64,000 nucleotides of DNA from positions 1,674,001 through 1,738,000 of the forward strand of contig OZ218963.1 in NCBI GenBank assembly GCA_965112735.1, in the 5' to 3' direction. Position numbers and translations under genes: made by a program. This document shows positions 1 through 10,707 of the stretch, piece by piece; position 1 is the first letter of the stretch, and each line of letters starts with the position of its first letter. The notes under the pieces were generated by a model, which saw nothing but the letters and a program-made list of their open reading frames with translations, was not told where the DNA came from and ran no database searches. Source of the DNA: Phaeosaccion multiseriatum. Its lineage: Eukaryota; Protista; Ochrophyta, other classes.

Positions 1-364
1 ACAAGGTTTTCAATACGGACCTTGTTCCAGGAGCTGCAGGTTAGAATATCATCCCACACATGGCCACACCCGCGGTGAAGTCTTGATACTCCTTCCCCCC
101 CCTCACCCTCCCCTACGAGCTTGCCGGCTAACTATCGCCAGCAGTGACTGGCTAAGAAGCATGTCGATGGCGGGCGACAAAGGTCCGATTGATGGGGGCA
201 TTTCAGGAGCAGGGGAAGGAGGGGGAGGCGGACCCTGTCGAAGATACCAGCCCATGTGACTGGTACGGGGACATGTGCGTGGCTGGGCACCGACCTGCAG
301 GACTTCGTCTCGGCGGCCGCTCTTCTCTGCTCCGGCCCGCTTGCGGCGTCTTGTTGGTGGAGGT

Positions 365-624
365 TCGACCCCTGAGTTGCTGTTATCTGCTATCTGCGAC
401 CTGCTATCACCGGCGCCAGCCGGCATGCTATCTGCTATCGCCATCTGCTATCGCCAGCGTCAGCCGACTTTTATCTGCTAGCAATAGCAGACAGCAGCTA
501 GCTCTCGCCGGCGGTGGCAGCTGACGGTTGGCCGGCTGGTAGCAGGTCAAGGCCGGCGGTAGCAGATATAACACGCCGGCTGGCGCCGGCGTTGGCAGAT
601 AGCAGATAGCGCGTCAAGGGTCGA
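365..624. mobile_element. MITE/foldback-like non-autonomous element with 4-bp TSD
   Basis: Ends TCGACCCCTGA... and ...TCAAGGGTCGA form an imperfect inverted repeat. Inner inverted blocks are TATCTGCTATCTGC/GCAGATAGCAGATA and CGGCGCCAGCCGGC (411-424)/GCCGGCTGGCGCCG (574-587). AGGT is directly repeated on both flanks (361-364, 625-628). Confidence 0.65.
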
Positions 625-1267
625 AGGTAAGCTTCTAAGTAGCACACTGCGTGGGAAGTGTGCTTCTAAGCTGGTGCGCTGTGTAACCAACCCGTGGCTT
701 CTTTGTTAGGCATATGCTAGAGTACTACCGGGCTCTGCGGACCCGAGTAGGCCAACTGGCGCCAGCGATAGCAGGTAGCACGTCAGGGGTAGAGTGTAGT
801 CAGAGTGTAGGGGAGACTTGCCTTCAGAGCCACGGCAGTGGGGGCCCACGTGTACTTGTACGTGTCCGATCCAGCGTTGGTGGAAAGAGTGTGCCACGAA
901 CATTCAGCTACGCTTCGATAGCGTTAAAGAGTAGCGACAGCCACGGAGCGAATGCAGGCTGAACCCCCACTATGACTAAGCAAATGTATTGTTTGTCGTC
1001 TCGATGAGGCTGGAGGCCTTACCCCTCACCCCCTTTGGTGGGTTTCGTCCCTCAAGTTTGTTCTCCAAAAGAGGGCTGCCGATGTGGTAGGGAGGTTGGG
1101 ACTACGGCCTAAAGAATCCCTTCCTCCCCTACCAGAAATTAAGGAAATTGCAAGAAACTTGCCCCCCTCTCTTGCTCTTCTCTGCATTGTGTCTCTAAAT
1201 CACATCAGTAAATAATGTTGTAGTTAAATATCTTATCTTCCCGGTCCGTTATCCATAAAAGAAGGGT

Positions 1268-1984
1268 TCACTTCTTTTCGGCAGACTTTTTATCGTAGTG
1301 CTGCTTCACCAGGGAGTAGCCCAGTGTGCCCAAGACTGTGTTGCGTTAGGAGCAGGGAGGAAGAAGCAAAGCACGTGGGGTGAGAGGAGTGAGAGTAAGT
1401 CAGAACGATGGAACTGATCGCCGAGCTCATGTTAGATGAGGCTGTCTCCACGTGGTGAGGTGGGCGGTGTCAAGTCATACAAAGCCACACTACCCCACGA
1501 AAGGGATGAAGCGAATACACTGGAGGACCGATTGGTCTCGATACGAAGGGCAATGAAGCTATAAAGGGACGCGACGGACTGACAGCAGAGGCAGCTGAGT
1601 GGCGTGACAAACTCACAAGATAAAAAAATCGCCCCAAGATAGTGGACTTTAGACACAGAGAAACACTCGCTAAGAGTTTGAGAGTCAACGATCAGCAGCA
1701 CCACTTACTGGCGATGGTGGAGCCTGCAATGGAGAGAGGTGACATGGGTGTACGGAAGGCCACGACTGCCGACACGATGATGACCACACGCTTGATGGTG
1801 TTGCCCACCGCGTGAGTCACGGGATCCACTTTGCCCAGGCAAAGGAAGGCGACTTCGTTGTACAGGTAGTAGAAGAGGCCTGTGGGACAAAGGACGAAAC
1901 CGGGAAACAGAGTGGTTGGTTAGTGGCCAAGGCAGGCTGTCAATTGGAGAGGGGAAAAAATATGAGAGAGAGGGAGGGATAGCA

Positions 1985-2021
<37 letters not shown>

Positions 2022-3851
2022 GCAGCCTAGCGGTAGGGAATACGTACCACTGGCGAAGGCTGAAGTGGCGAGGTACTTCTTAGTGGCACCGGCAGCTAGC
2101 GCCATCTCCCACGTCTTCTTGAACTTGGGCCCCTCAATGAGGAGGGCGGCCGGCGAGAGCATCAGGCAGGCGATGATGGTGAGGACCGCATACCTTCGAG
2201 AAGAGGAAGAGGAGGAGGAGGAGGAGGAGGAGGGGGACAGCGGCAGGGAGTAGACAGGGAGAGAGAAAGAAACGGGACATGGCGTCAGGGGTGGTAGGCT
2301 CCTCACTCGCACACCAACCAACCACGCCTCTGCTGCTGACCGCCGTCAAAGGACAAGGACTATTGTATCAAGTGAAGAGAAACCCCAGGGGCACTCCTGG
2401 GGCGAGCTTAGGGCCACTGCAGAGTCAGCAATGTAAGCCTCCCGACGCGAACCGATCCCTCTCTCATGATACGCTACTCATACGCTACTCACAGGTTGGC
2501 AGAGTCCATGTTCTCCCCCACGGGTTGGCCCATCATCTTCTTGCCGAAGACTCCTCTGAGGGCCGACCCCGTATTTGAGCCCATCGCATTGCCAAAGGCC
2601 ATCCAGCTGAAGGATAGCTCCTTCATGGACGCCAGCCCGACTCCGGCAATGACGGGCAGGAGCGACAAGTAAACCGGAAGGGCCAACACCTTGAGGAGCG
2701 AGAGGGCCGAGAGAGCCCGCGTTTGGGAGCGATTCGGGGCATCACAAGAACAGCAAAAGAGAGACAAAGAAATCACGCAGGAAGTTCATTGAGGAGATTA
2801 GCTCGCACGCAAGTAGTCGAGGGAAGCAGAGAAGGACCAACCCCCCTCTTTTGGACCGAAACTCACCTGTCCCAGCAAGACAGCCCCAAACGCCGCAGTG
2901 AAGACGGGCTCGGCTGCCTTCACAATGTGCGTAAACGAGACGGCACCAGCCCCGAGCGAGAGCACGGCGCAGATATGGGCCAGCGTGTGAAAGAAGGCCA
3001 AGACACTCAATTTCTTCGTCGCTCCTTCCTGTCAGAACCGATCAGGAGACAGGTGAGGACGAAGAAGTCGAGGAAGAGGTATGCACGGGCCGGTAGGCGA
3101 GAGGCGTGTCTGACAGGCACCCCCCCGGCCTGGACAGAGATTAACACACGTCGGGGCGAGCAATCATAGCAGCGGCACAGTCGTCCTTCCTTCACCATGC
3201 TCCCAACCGAAACGGGGGGAGCAGAGTCATCTGCAGGACAAACGTGACTTTCGCCCAGTCGTTGGGACTAGCGAAGAAGAAGAAGAACAGCAACAATAGC
3301 AAGAAAGTCGTCCGAAATTGCTAATGACTCACCGCAAGCTTGGGGCTCTTGCGCAGACCCACTATCCATTGTGGCACCACCCACAAGATGCCAGTAAAGA
3401 GCTGCAGAGAGGCCATCAGCCAGGGCAGGGGCAGCACGTTCAGCACCCGCTTGTTATAGATGTTATAGCCAATGTTGAGCAGATACCACATGGAGAAATA
3501 CAGCCCAATCTTGAGCGTTTCTACCGAGCCGCTCTTGGCTGCTGGTGCCTCACTGGACCCGCTGGCGCTCAACGCTGACGTGCCAGTGGCAGGTAGAGGC
3601 GACGATATTGTGGAGCTGCTTGTCTCGGATACCACTTTCAAGCCTTGATGGAGGCGTCCGTTCCTACCGCCAATGACTGGGAGGCTGAGGGCCATTGCGG
3701 TTGTACTATGGGAGGTGCTGCTTGCGGTTGAGCTCCTTGCTGTTGGTCGTAAAGCAAAGGAAGACTGCCCTGGGGCGACACATTGGAAAGCATTCACGCC
3801 GCCGCTGCTGCTGGCGAGCAATATCGCCGCCAAGCAAGAGACTGCCCTCAT
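1268..3851 (-). CDS. Plastid triose-phosphate/phosphate translocator (pPT/TPT family), multi-exon
   Basis: ATG at 3851 starts a signal peptide and VNA-F cleavage motif. Exons encode WYLLNIGYNIYNKRVL, SFTHIVKAAEPVF, GVGLASMKELSF...AMGSN and YNEVAFLCLGKVDPVTHAVGNTIKRVVII. The last exon is LGTLGYSLVKQHYDKKSAEKK* (TGA 1268-1270). Introns are GT-AG. Confidence 0.93.
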
Positions 3852-4475
3852 GCTGGTACAAGAAGCAGACAGACACGGAGGAGGGAATGCGCATATGGGG
3901 CTTCGGGGGCCCGGACACAAAACTGAAATTGTTTTGTATGTGGCCGACCTGAATGGAAAGAGAAAAGCGGGGCCACGACTACAGGAACCCTGCGTGAGGT
4001 GCCTAAGGTAGGGTATCACAGGACATGCAATGCACAGCCACACCGCTCCCTCCCGTCCTGTCTATCCTACTCGACCGTTCTCTCGTTTTCTCTTGGTTTC
4101 GCTTCTTCCGTTCTTTCCTTCTCTTATCCTCGTCCAACTCTCTGTGTACTGTTGGCATGTGCGTTTTACTTGCCGCCTCAGTGCTGCTTTTCGATCACTT
4201 CAAGGCTCCGCTTATAGAAGATGAGAGGATTCGAGCGATGGCTATTAGCGACAACTACAGCAGAGCAAAAGGGGTCTAGATAGGGCGTTTAGGAACACCC
4301 CTGTGAGCTAGCTCACTCATTCTGCTGCTGCTACTGCTGTTGCTCTCCCCATTCCTTCCAAGGGCTGGCATGTCTCATGGCCTATTCTCCCACTCCGTGT
4401 CGGCTCCGCATCGAGCTCTGTCCTCATTCCTCTCTCTCTCTCGTCTGCCCCTTTCACTGCACCTCTACCTTACAA

Positions 4476-5569
4476 GTCGACGCCGCGAGCGAGAAGGTCA
4501 CAAAGTACGCGGACACCCCTGCAGTTCCTCAGTGCGCTCGACTCTTCGCCGACAGTCTGAGCAGGGACCAAGTGCCTAGAGCTGAGGGTATGGCGCGGCT
4601 GTAGAACCACAGAAGGAGGCAGCTCCACTTGGCTGCTGCTTCATCGCCAACTGCGGCTGCCCGCTGCTGCCGGTTCCAATGGGGACGTACATCCTTGACT
4701 TTCAAGGACGCAGCTGTTGACGGCGCTACTGGGCTGTACCAAGACGAACAGGTAACAAGCACGCATGACAAGCACAGCTGTTGCTCTCTGCAAGCAAGTG
4801 CAAGTCGAAATCTACACAGTAACGCACAGCTGCCTGGATTGCTCCACTCTGCTTCACTGCTTGGCTGCTGCCCATCTGTGGCTGCTGCCCGTGTGTATGG
4901 CACCCCATCCCAGCAGGGACCCTTCGCCCTGTTCAACCCCCTTCTTTCGTCATTGGGAAGGGGTACTGGCGGAGACCAAGGGACGTCATCGTGGGTAAGT
5001 GAGAGAGAGAGATAGAGAGAGAGAGAGCTGTGTGTGGACTGCGAACTCTTTTTGCTTTATTCTCTTCCTGACGCTTCGGTTTGCTGATTTTTCCTCATGA
5101 CGCCGGTGGTTTGTCCTTCATACCAACACGTGTCTGTCCGTTTGTCTGTCTGTCTGCCTATCTATCTGCCTGTATATATATATACATATAGACCTGTCTC
5201 TCTGAGTCTATCTGTCTGTCTGTCTGTCCGTCTGTCTCTCTGTCCGTCTTCCTGCCTGTTTGTCCGTCTGTCTCTCTGTCCGTCTTCCTGCCTGTCAGTC
5301 AAAAGCTCCACTCCATCGTCTACCTGGGGAGGAGAGGTCTCAACGTGTCCATCAGTGCAACTCCAGAAGCTCTCCCGACTGCCACTACGCGCACATCAGC
5401 ACCAGAGGTACAAGTCACAAGCCCCACTTCTGTTGTAGCACCAACTGGTGCTGGTGCTGGTGCTGCCGCTGTTGTAAGGGTAGGCTCTGCAAAACAAGGT
5501 TGGTTCCAGAAGCTGCAGTGGCAGGCACCCCCACAAGCCGACAGCAGCGTAGGGAAATGCAGGCACTGA
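4476..5569 (+). other. Possible spliced hypothetical gene or gene remnant
   Basis: Several short open segments are bounded by plausible splice signals (4476-4587, ~4670-4751, ~4917-4994 followed by GTAAGT). No recognisable motif and no clear start codon. Confidence 0.2.
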
Positions 5570-5807
5570 AGGCATCGCAGTCCCAGCAGCAGAAGCCGAC
5601 GCAGTTAGGCGAGGCATCTATCCAGCCTCCCTCTGCAACCATCTCTCTTCTGTAGAGCTCATCTCATTGGCTACCTGCGGGGAGGACTGACTCCATAACT
5701 AGTCTAGGGGGAGGGGGGGGGCATCACAATTGCGGATGGTGAGAGCCGCCTCCGCTGCTGCCATCGCTGCTGCAAACACGTGTGGCGCTGCTTCACCCTC
5801 GGCAGAT

Positions 5808-6121
5808 TGTTACGATATAAGGCATCCCAATATGCCTTCAGTATTATCCAAACGCCATATCGTAACAAAAGAGGGGTTCGAGTCCTACCTGAGGAAAGAG
5901 GAAAAAATAATATGATGTTTCCCGAGGGGGGTTCCCAAGGAGATACCAGAGGGTCGTACCCTGTTGAAAAAAGCACGTGAAAACTGGTGGGATAAACAAA
6001 GGGACAGTATTTAGGGACGAACGTGTCGGTAGCGCCAACCCCCCGGTGCGAAGGTGTAGGGCTCAAGGAACCCACCTTTTGTTACGATATAAGGCATATT
6101 GGGATGCCTTATATCGTAACA
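5808..6121. mobile_element. 314-bp MITE with TGT...ACA ends, perfect 31-bp TIR and 5-bp TSD
   Basis: TGTTACGATATAAGGCATCCCAATATGCCTT (5808-5838) is the exact reverse complement of 6091-6121. CAGAT flanks both ends (5803-5807, 6122-6126). Confidence 0.9.
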
Positions 6122-6639
6122 CAGATACAGCCGGGATGAGCCCCTGCGGCTGCTGTTGCTCCCATCCAGACTCGTGTGCAGGGGGGAGGACTTGCGTTCC
6201 AGTTTCTCCGCCCCTGACCTGTTTCTAGGTGTCCACCACCTTTGGAAACAGGCCGGCCAGAAACAGGAAGCAGGCCGCGGCGTTTGTAGGGCTCTCTGAC
6301 AGCAGCCACGAATGCTGCATGCTCCACCGCCGCTCGGCATGCTCATCGCCATGCCTTGCCCAAGTAGGTAGCCCCTTTGGGACTGTGGCCCTGCCTGACT
6401 CTTTGCACATGGCTGCGCTCCAGGGTAGCTGGCTGTCTCACAAAAAAAGAAATCATCACATTACAATATTACTCGTGTCTTAGCCTACTATTCCTTGCTT
6501 GTTAGTACAAACGTGACAAGAAGAGGTGAGGTGCGTGGCGCCCACCGTGGGTCGAGCGCAAGCCCGGCGAAACCAGGCTCCCTCTGGCACCTCCGCAAGA
6601 GAAGGGTCGATCGTCTGTGCGTAAGCCTCTGCTCTCCCG

Positions 6640-9000
6640 GTCAACCCTCCTGCCTCTCCCTGCTGGACGATTTCACGGTGACGCCCATGCATGGCACACA
6701 CTCCTTCTCAGTCACGGTGAAACCAATCAGGCGCCTGGTCACCAGACGGGACTGAGCGCTCCTGCTCATATTACCAGCGCCGTCCTCCTTGCCGGCTGCT
6801 GTCTTGGGCTGGTTGCGCCTCTGCCTTTCCTCCCTCCTCCTTGCTTGCGCCCTTCCGTTCCGACCGTCGGCCCCCCGCGGGGCTTCTCGGGCTCCGGGCT
6901 TCTGGGCCATAGCCCCCTCCAGGCTTCGGGCTTCTGGCCGCAGGCCAGCGCGGGCTTCTGCGCCGCAGGCCAGCGGTCTGGGCTTCAGGCTTCTCAGGGG
7001 GGCTCAGGGGGGCTCACGGGGGGGGGGGAGATTATGCCAGGCTTCTGGCCGCAGGCCAGCCCCGGGCTTCTTGCTTCCGGCCGCAGGCCGCCTCAGGCTT
7101 CTGCTTATCGGGGGGCCAGAGAAGCCCCACGGGGGGCCGACGACCGAAAACCCTGCTGCCAAGAAGCTGTACACGACCGCGCTGCTGAATGAGGCCACGT
7201 CCCCGTGAATGGCTTCTGCGCTCACGTCGACCTCGTGGGTGAACCTGGCTGTACACCAGCCCACCGGAGTCACAGCTGTTGCTGGCGACGTCGTCAACGT
7301 CTGCTTGATGTTAACCATGTAGAGCTCGCTGTTCGTGCTGCCGCACGAGTAGACGCAGTCGTTCACCACAGCCACCCCGCCTGTGCTCTTCAGACGCTCA
7401 TCTCCGAGGACGATGATGCAGTCCGCAGGACCATGCTGAGCTTTGATCATGAGCATGGCTGGTACCACAAGCAGACTCAACCAAAAAGATTGGGGGGGGG
7501 AAATCAAGATCGATGGGCTTCTGGAAAAAAGCCTTGTTGTTCTCCCGCCACCATCTGTCCCACTCTGGGCCGATGGTGCTGAGGATCAAAGCACACTTGG
7601 ACTGGCGCTCTCCGGGTGAGGAGCGACCGGGTTGCTGGGTATGTCACGAGCGCCAGCGCTGTCTCGATAGAGAACTTGTTCTTGTTCTTCACAGCATCAG
7701 CCAAGGGCGAGCGATGGCTTGCTGTACGGTTTCCCGCACCTCCTCGTCGGCGTCGCTCATGCCAGCGCGCAAGGATAGCTACTCGAATCCCAGCAAAGTC
7801 ATTCTTGTCCTATACCATCCACCAGTTGTAAAACGAAGACAATGCTCTTGATGACGTGGATGAGGTCGGCGACAATCTCGAAATCCTTGTATCGATCCTT
7901 CGCTCCGAGGAGTGAACGCGTGCAGCGCACAGTGAGAGCGTGCTGAGGCCCACAGCTGTCCTGCGAGACGAATATGACGTACATGCTCCTGCAAACTCGA
8001 CCCTTCCTCCTGCAGTTCGTGCACACACGCATCGTGAAGTGAATGAGACGAGGGCTGTCCACCTCTCCGCATGGCTCCTCCCCACAGCGGCTGCAGTCCT
8101 GGTGGCAGTCGTACAGCTTCTGGGCTGCTTCCCAAGACACATTCTCGCCTGCTTGCACTCTCGCCCACACGTCTTTCAAGCATGGGATGCAGACGCGGAG
8201 ACGTTCTCGACCCCTGACGTGCTATCGCCCACATTCTCGATAGCATACTATCGGAGCCTGAGTAGCTGTATTTACGACAACAGCAAGGGGTAATGAGGGG
8301 GGCGGGGGGAGGGGCAAGAGCAGCTGGGCGGAGTCAGAGAGGCGACAGGAGGACAGTGAAGTAAGAGAGGGGAAGGGAAGAGAAGAAAGATTTTCCTCAT
8401 CTTTCCGTGTATGGTCTGCTCTCCCTGTGCCCGCCCCCTTTAACACATTTTCGTCTTCGTACCAGCATGTACGGACACGTCACCACTGGTACATCCAAAA
8501 TTCTTCATGGATCTTTCATTCGTGTGCAGTCCTCTCTTTATCGCGGTGCCGTCCTGTTTAAGAGTTATCATCCGAATGTTTGGCTGCCTTGCGTGCCTAA
8601 GAGCTGCGTTGAAGTTGAGAATGCTTGCTTGTATGCCTTGTCGAAGAGGCTGAGGTGTCTCGGGTGGCTGAAACGATCCTGAGGTCGCTAGTGGCTGCAA
8701 AGTGATGTTGCGTCTCCGTTCTCGATCCTCCATCGTTTCCTACCTCGCCCGCCCCTCTTCCCCTCTTCAGCGGTCTTCTCCGTTTTCGTGGCCCCCCGTA
8801 CATGAGCATGAGGGGGGGATGGGTGTACTCTCGTAGACTGTCGTAGCTACTCCTGCGTACCGCCTCGGCACTCCTGGCAATGGCGCTTCGGCCCAGCCGA
8901 GGCCCCGCTTCTCAAAGGTATCGATGCATAGATATTCCGATGCCTGGGCTGCCTCCAGCCATTCGAGAGGTGGTATTGCGTAGCAGCCGGCACGAGCCAT
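6640..9000 (-). pseudogene. Degenerate DDE transposase remnant, P-element-like
   Basis: Fragmented minus-strand frames carry MITLKQDGTAIKRGLH (D at ~8552), a Cys-rich segment CHQDCSRC...CTNC, IVADLIHVIKS (D-x2-H motif at ~7865) running into FYNWW after a frameshift, and VKNKNKFSIETAL. Stops and frameshifts are frequent, and a MITE interrupts the frame. Confidence 0.45.
6867..7140. mobile_element. GC-rich MITE inserted in the transposase remnant
   Basis: TIR TCGGCCCCCCG(C/T)GGGGCTTCTC (22 bp, 1 mismatch). CGACCG is directly repeated on both flanks (6861-6866, 7141-7146). Internal repeats of GGCTTCTGGCCGCAGGCC. Confidence 0.75.
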
Positions 9001-10707
9001 AAAGAATCAAGTGTTGGCCGATGCGTAATTTTGTGAGTGTTGAAACGGCGGATTACAACGTGTTCAGTAGTGGCGAGTGGCTGGGGGAGACAGGCTGGAG
9101 AGAAAAAACAGTTTCCACAGAGCGTGCGGTCTGGAAGACCTCATCGTGGACCTGCATGAGACGCAGCGCAAAGAAAATCACAGGGCCTACCTGCAGAGGC
9201 ATGACTGAGAGACTGAGAGTGTTGTGTAGTAAGTCAGTAAGCGAAGACAGGGGCCTTAGGGAGAGGAATTACGCCCAGCCAAGACCTAGTTGAATAAGGG
9301 AAGTGTTGGGTTTCTTCGACATCGCACAGGGCGAGCGTGTTATGGTACTCGTGTTGGTGTTTGCTCCAGCTGCGGATCTTTCTCCCTCTCTGGCGCCCTG
9401 TCCCCTCTCTTCGACTCTCTGTCTCTCTCTCTCCGCCTCTCGGCACTCTCTATCTCTCTCTCTTCCATTCTAATTGCTTTCTACTTTGGCTTCTATGGAT
9501 CGGCAGTCATCACACCAGCCCTCCCCACGCCGCCCCCTGACTCCCCCCCCCCCTGGGCAGTCGCTCAGTGCGCTCAAGGAGCCAAAATTTGAGGTTGGCC
9601 GGCTCGGGCCGGCCAGAAACAGGAAACAGGCCGGCTTGGACCGGTAGAACGAGGAAACAGGGAAAGGGCAAGAGACTCAGCACGGGCACGGGGAGGGGAG
9701 TTGCTCCTCCATCACCTCACAACGGGGGGGGGGGGGAAGGAAGGATGGAAGGAAGAAATTAGGAGGGGCCGAGCTATGCCCCCTACTACTCATGAAGCAC
9801 TCCTGGTGCGTTGAGTCTACGGTGGACGGTGGGCTCCACTACTTCAAGAGAAGACGAAGCAAAAAAAAGAAGCATATGGGGTGCCGTGCATATCACCATA
9901 TCTATCACCACATCGCCATCCTTGCTAAATATGCATATGACCCTTTCGCCATCCCCCCCGTTTTCTTTCCTGCGCCAATTTTTGGTGTTCTTTTCTATCC
10001 CCCTTCTAAATCCTTCTGGGGGTCGATGGGGGGGGACACTGCGGACCTTTCGAGCAGCCGCAGTGTTTTTTCAGTTTTTTGGAATGAAGCTCGAGAGACC
10101 AAAGAAACAAGATTATTATTGGAAATCAAATTTTATTTTTTGGCAAACTGCTGGTGGTGCGGCCTAGAGCGGCCCGGACGTCAGGATGTTAGGATTTTCG
10201 CAAAGGAGACTGCCTCACAAACCAAACATCTTAGTCCCAAAGGTGAGAAGGAGTGTGAATGCGGAGGTGAAAGGGAGGATGGACGGGAGAGCTTGAAAGG
10301 TGTAGCGAGGAGGGGCGGGGGTGCAAAACGACCCCTCAACGGCCGGTGTGGATATGCACGCATTGCTTGTGCCGTAAACCCAGCCCGGGCCGCTGGCCGT
10401 GGCTGCCGATGTGAGCTGCTGGTGGGAGGAGGAGATGGCGGAGAGCGAGCGAAGAGCAGCATAGAAGAGGAGCCAGCAAAGGGCAGCGCGTCACATCCTT
10501 GTTGTGTCTTCTTCCCGTATTTTACTTGCCATCTCTAACCCGCAACCCTGCCATCCCCTTCTTTCCCGCTCCCCGCCTTGCCCGCCTCGCCTGACCGCAC
10601 TCCTCTCCATGTCTGCTTCCACCCGCCGGATTTCTCCATTTTACCGGTAACTCGCTCCGCCCCCGCCCCGCAGAACACCCATCTTTCGCCAAGGAAAGAC
10701 GGGGAAC

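Noticed and set aside
5808-6121. Solo LTR interpretation (TG...CA, 5-bp TSD)
   Set aside because: A 31-bp perfect TIR with subterminal symmetry fits a MITE better. Not fully excluded.
9792-10538. 248-aa ORF upstream of the secreted protein
   Set aside because: No motif, mixed composition and homopolymer-derived residues. Probably intergenic.
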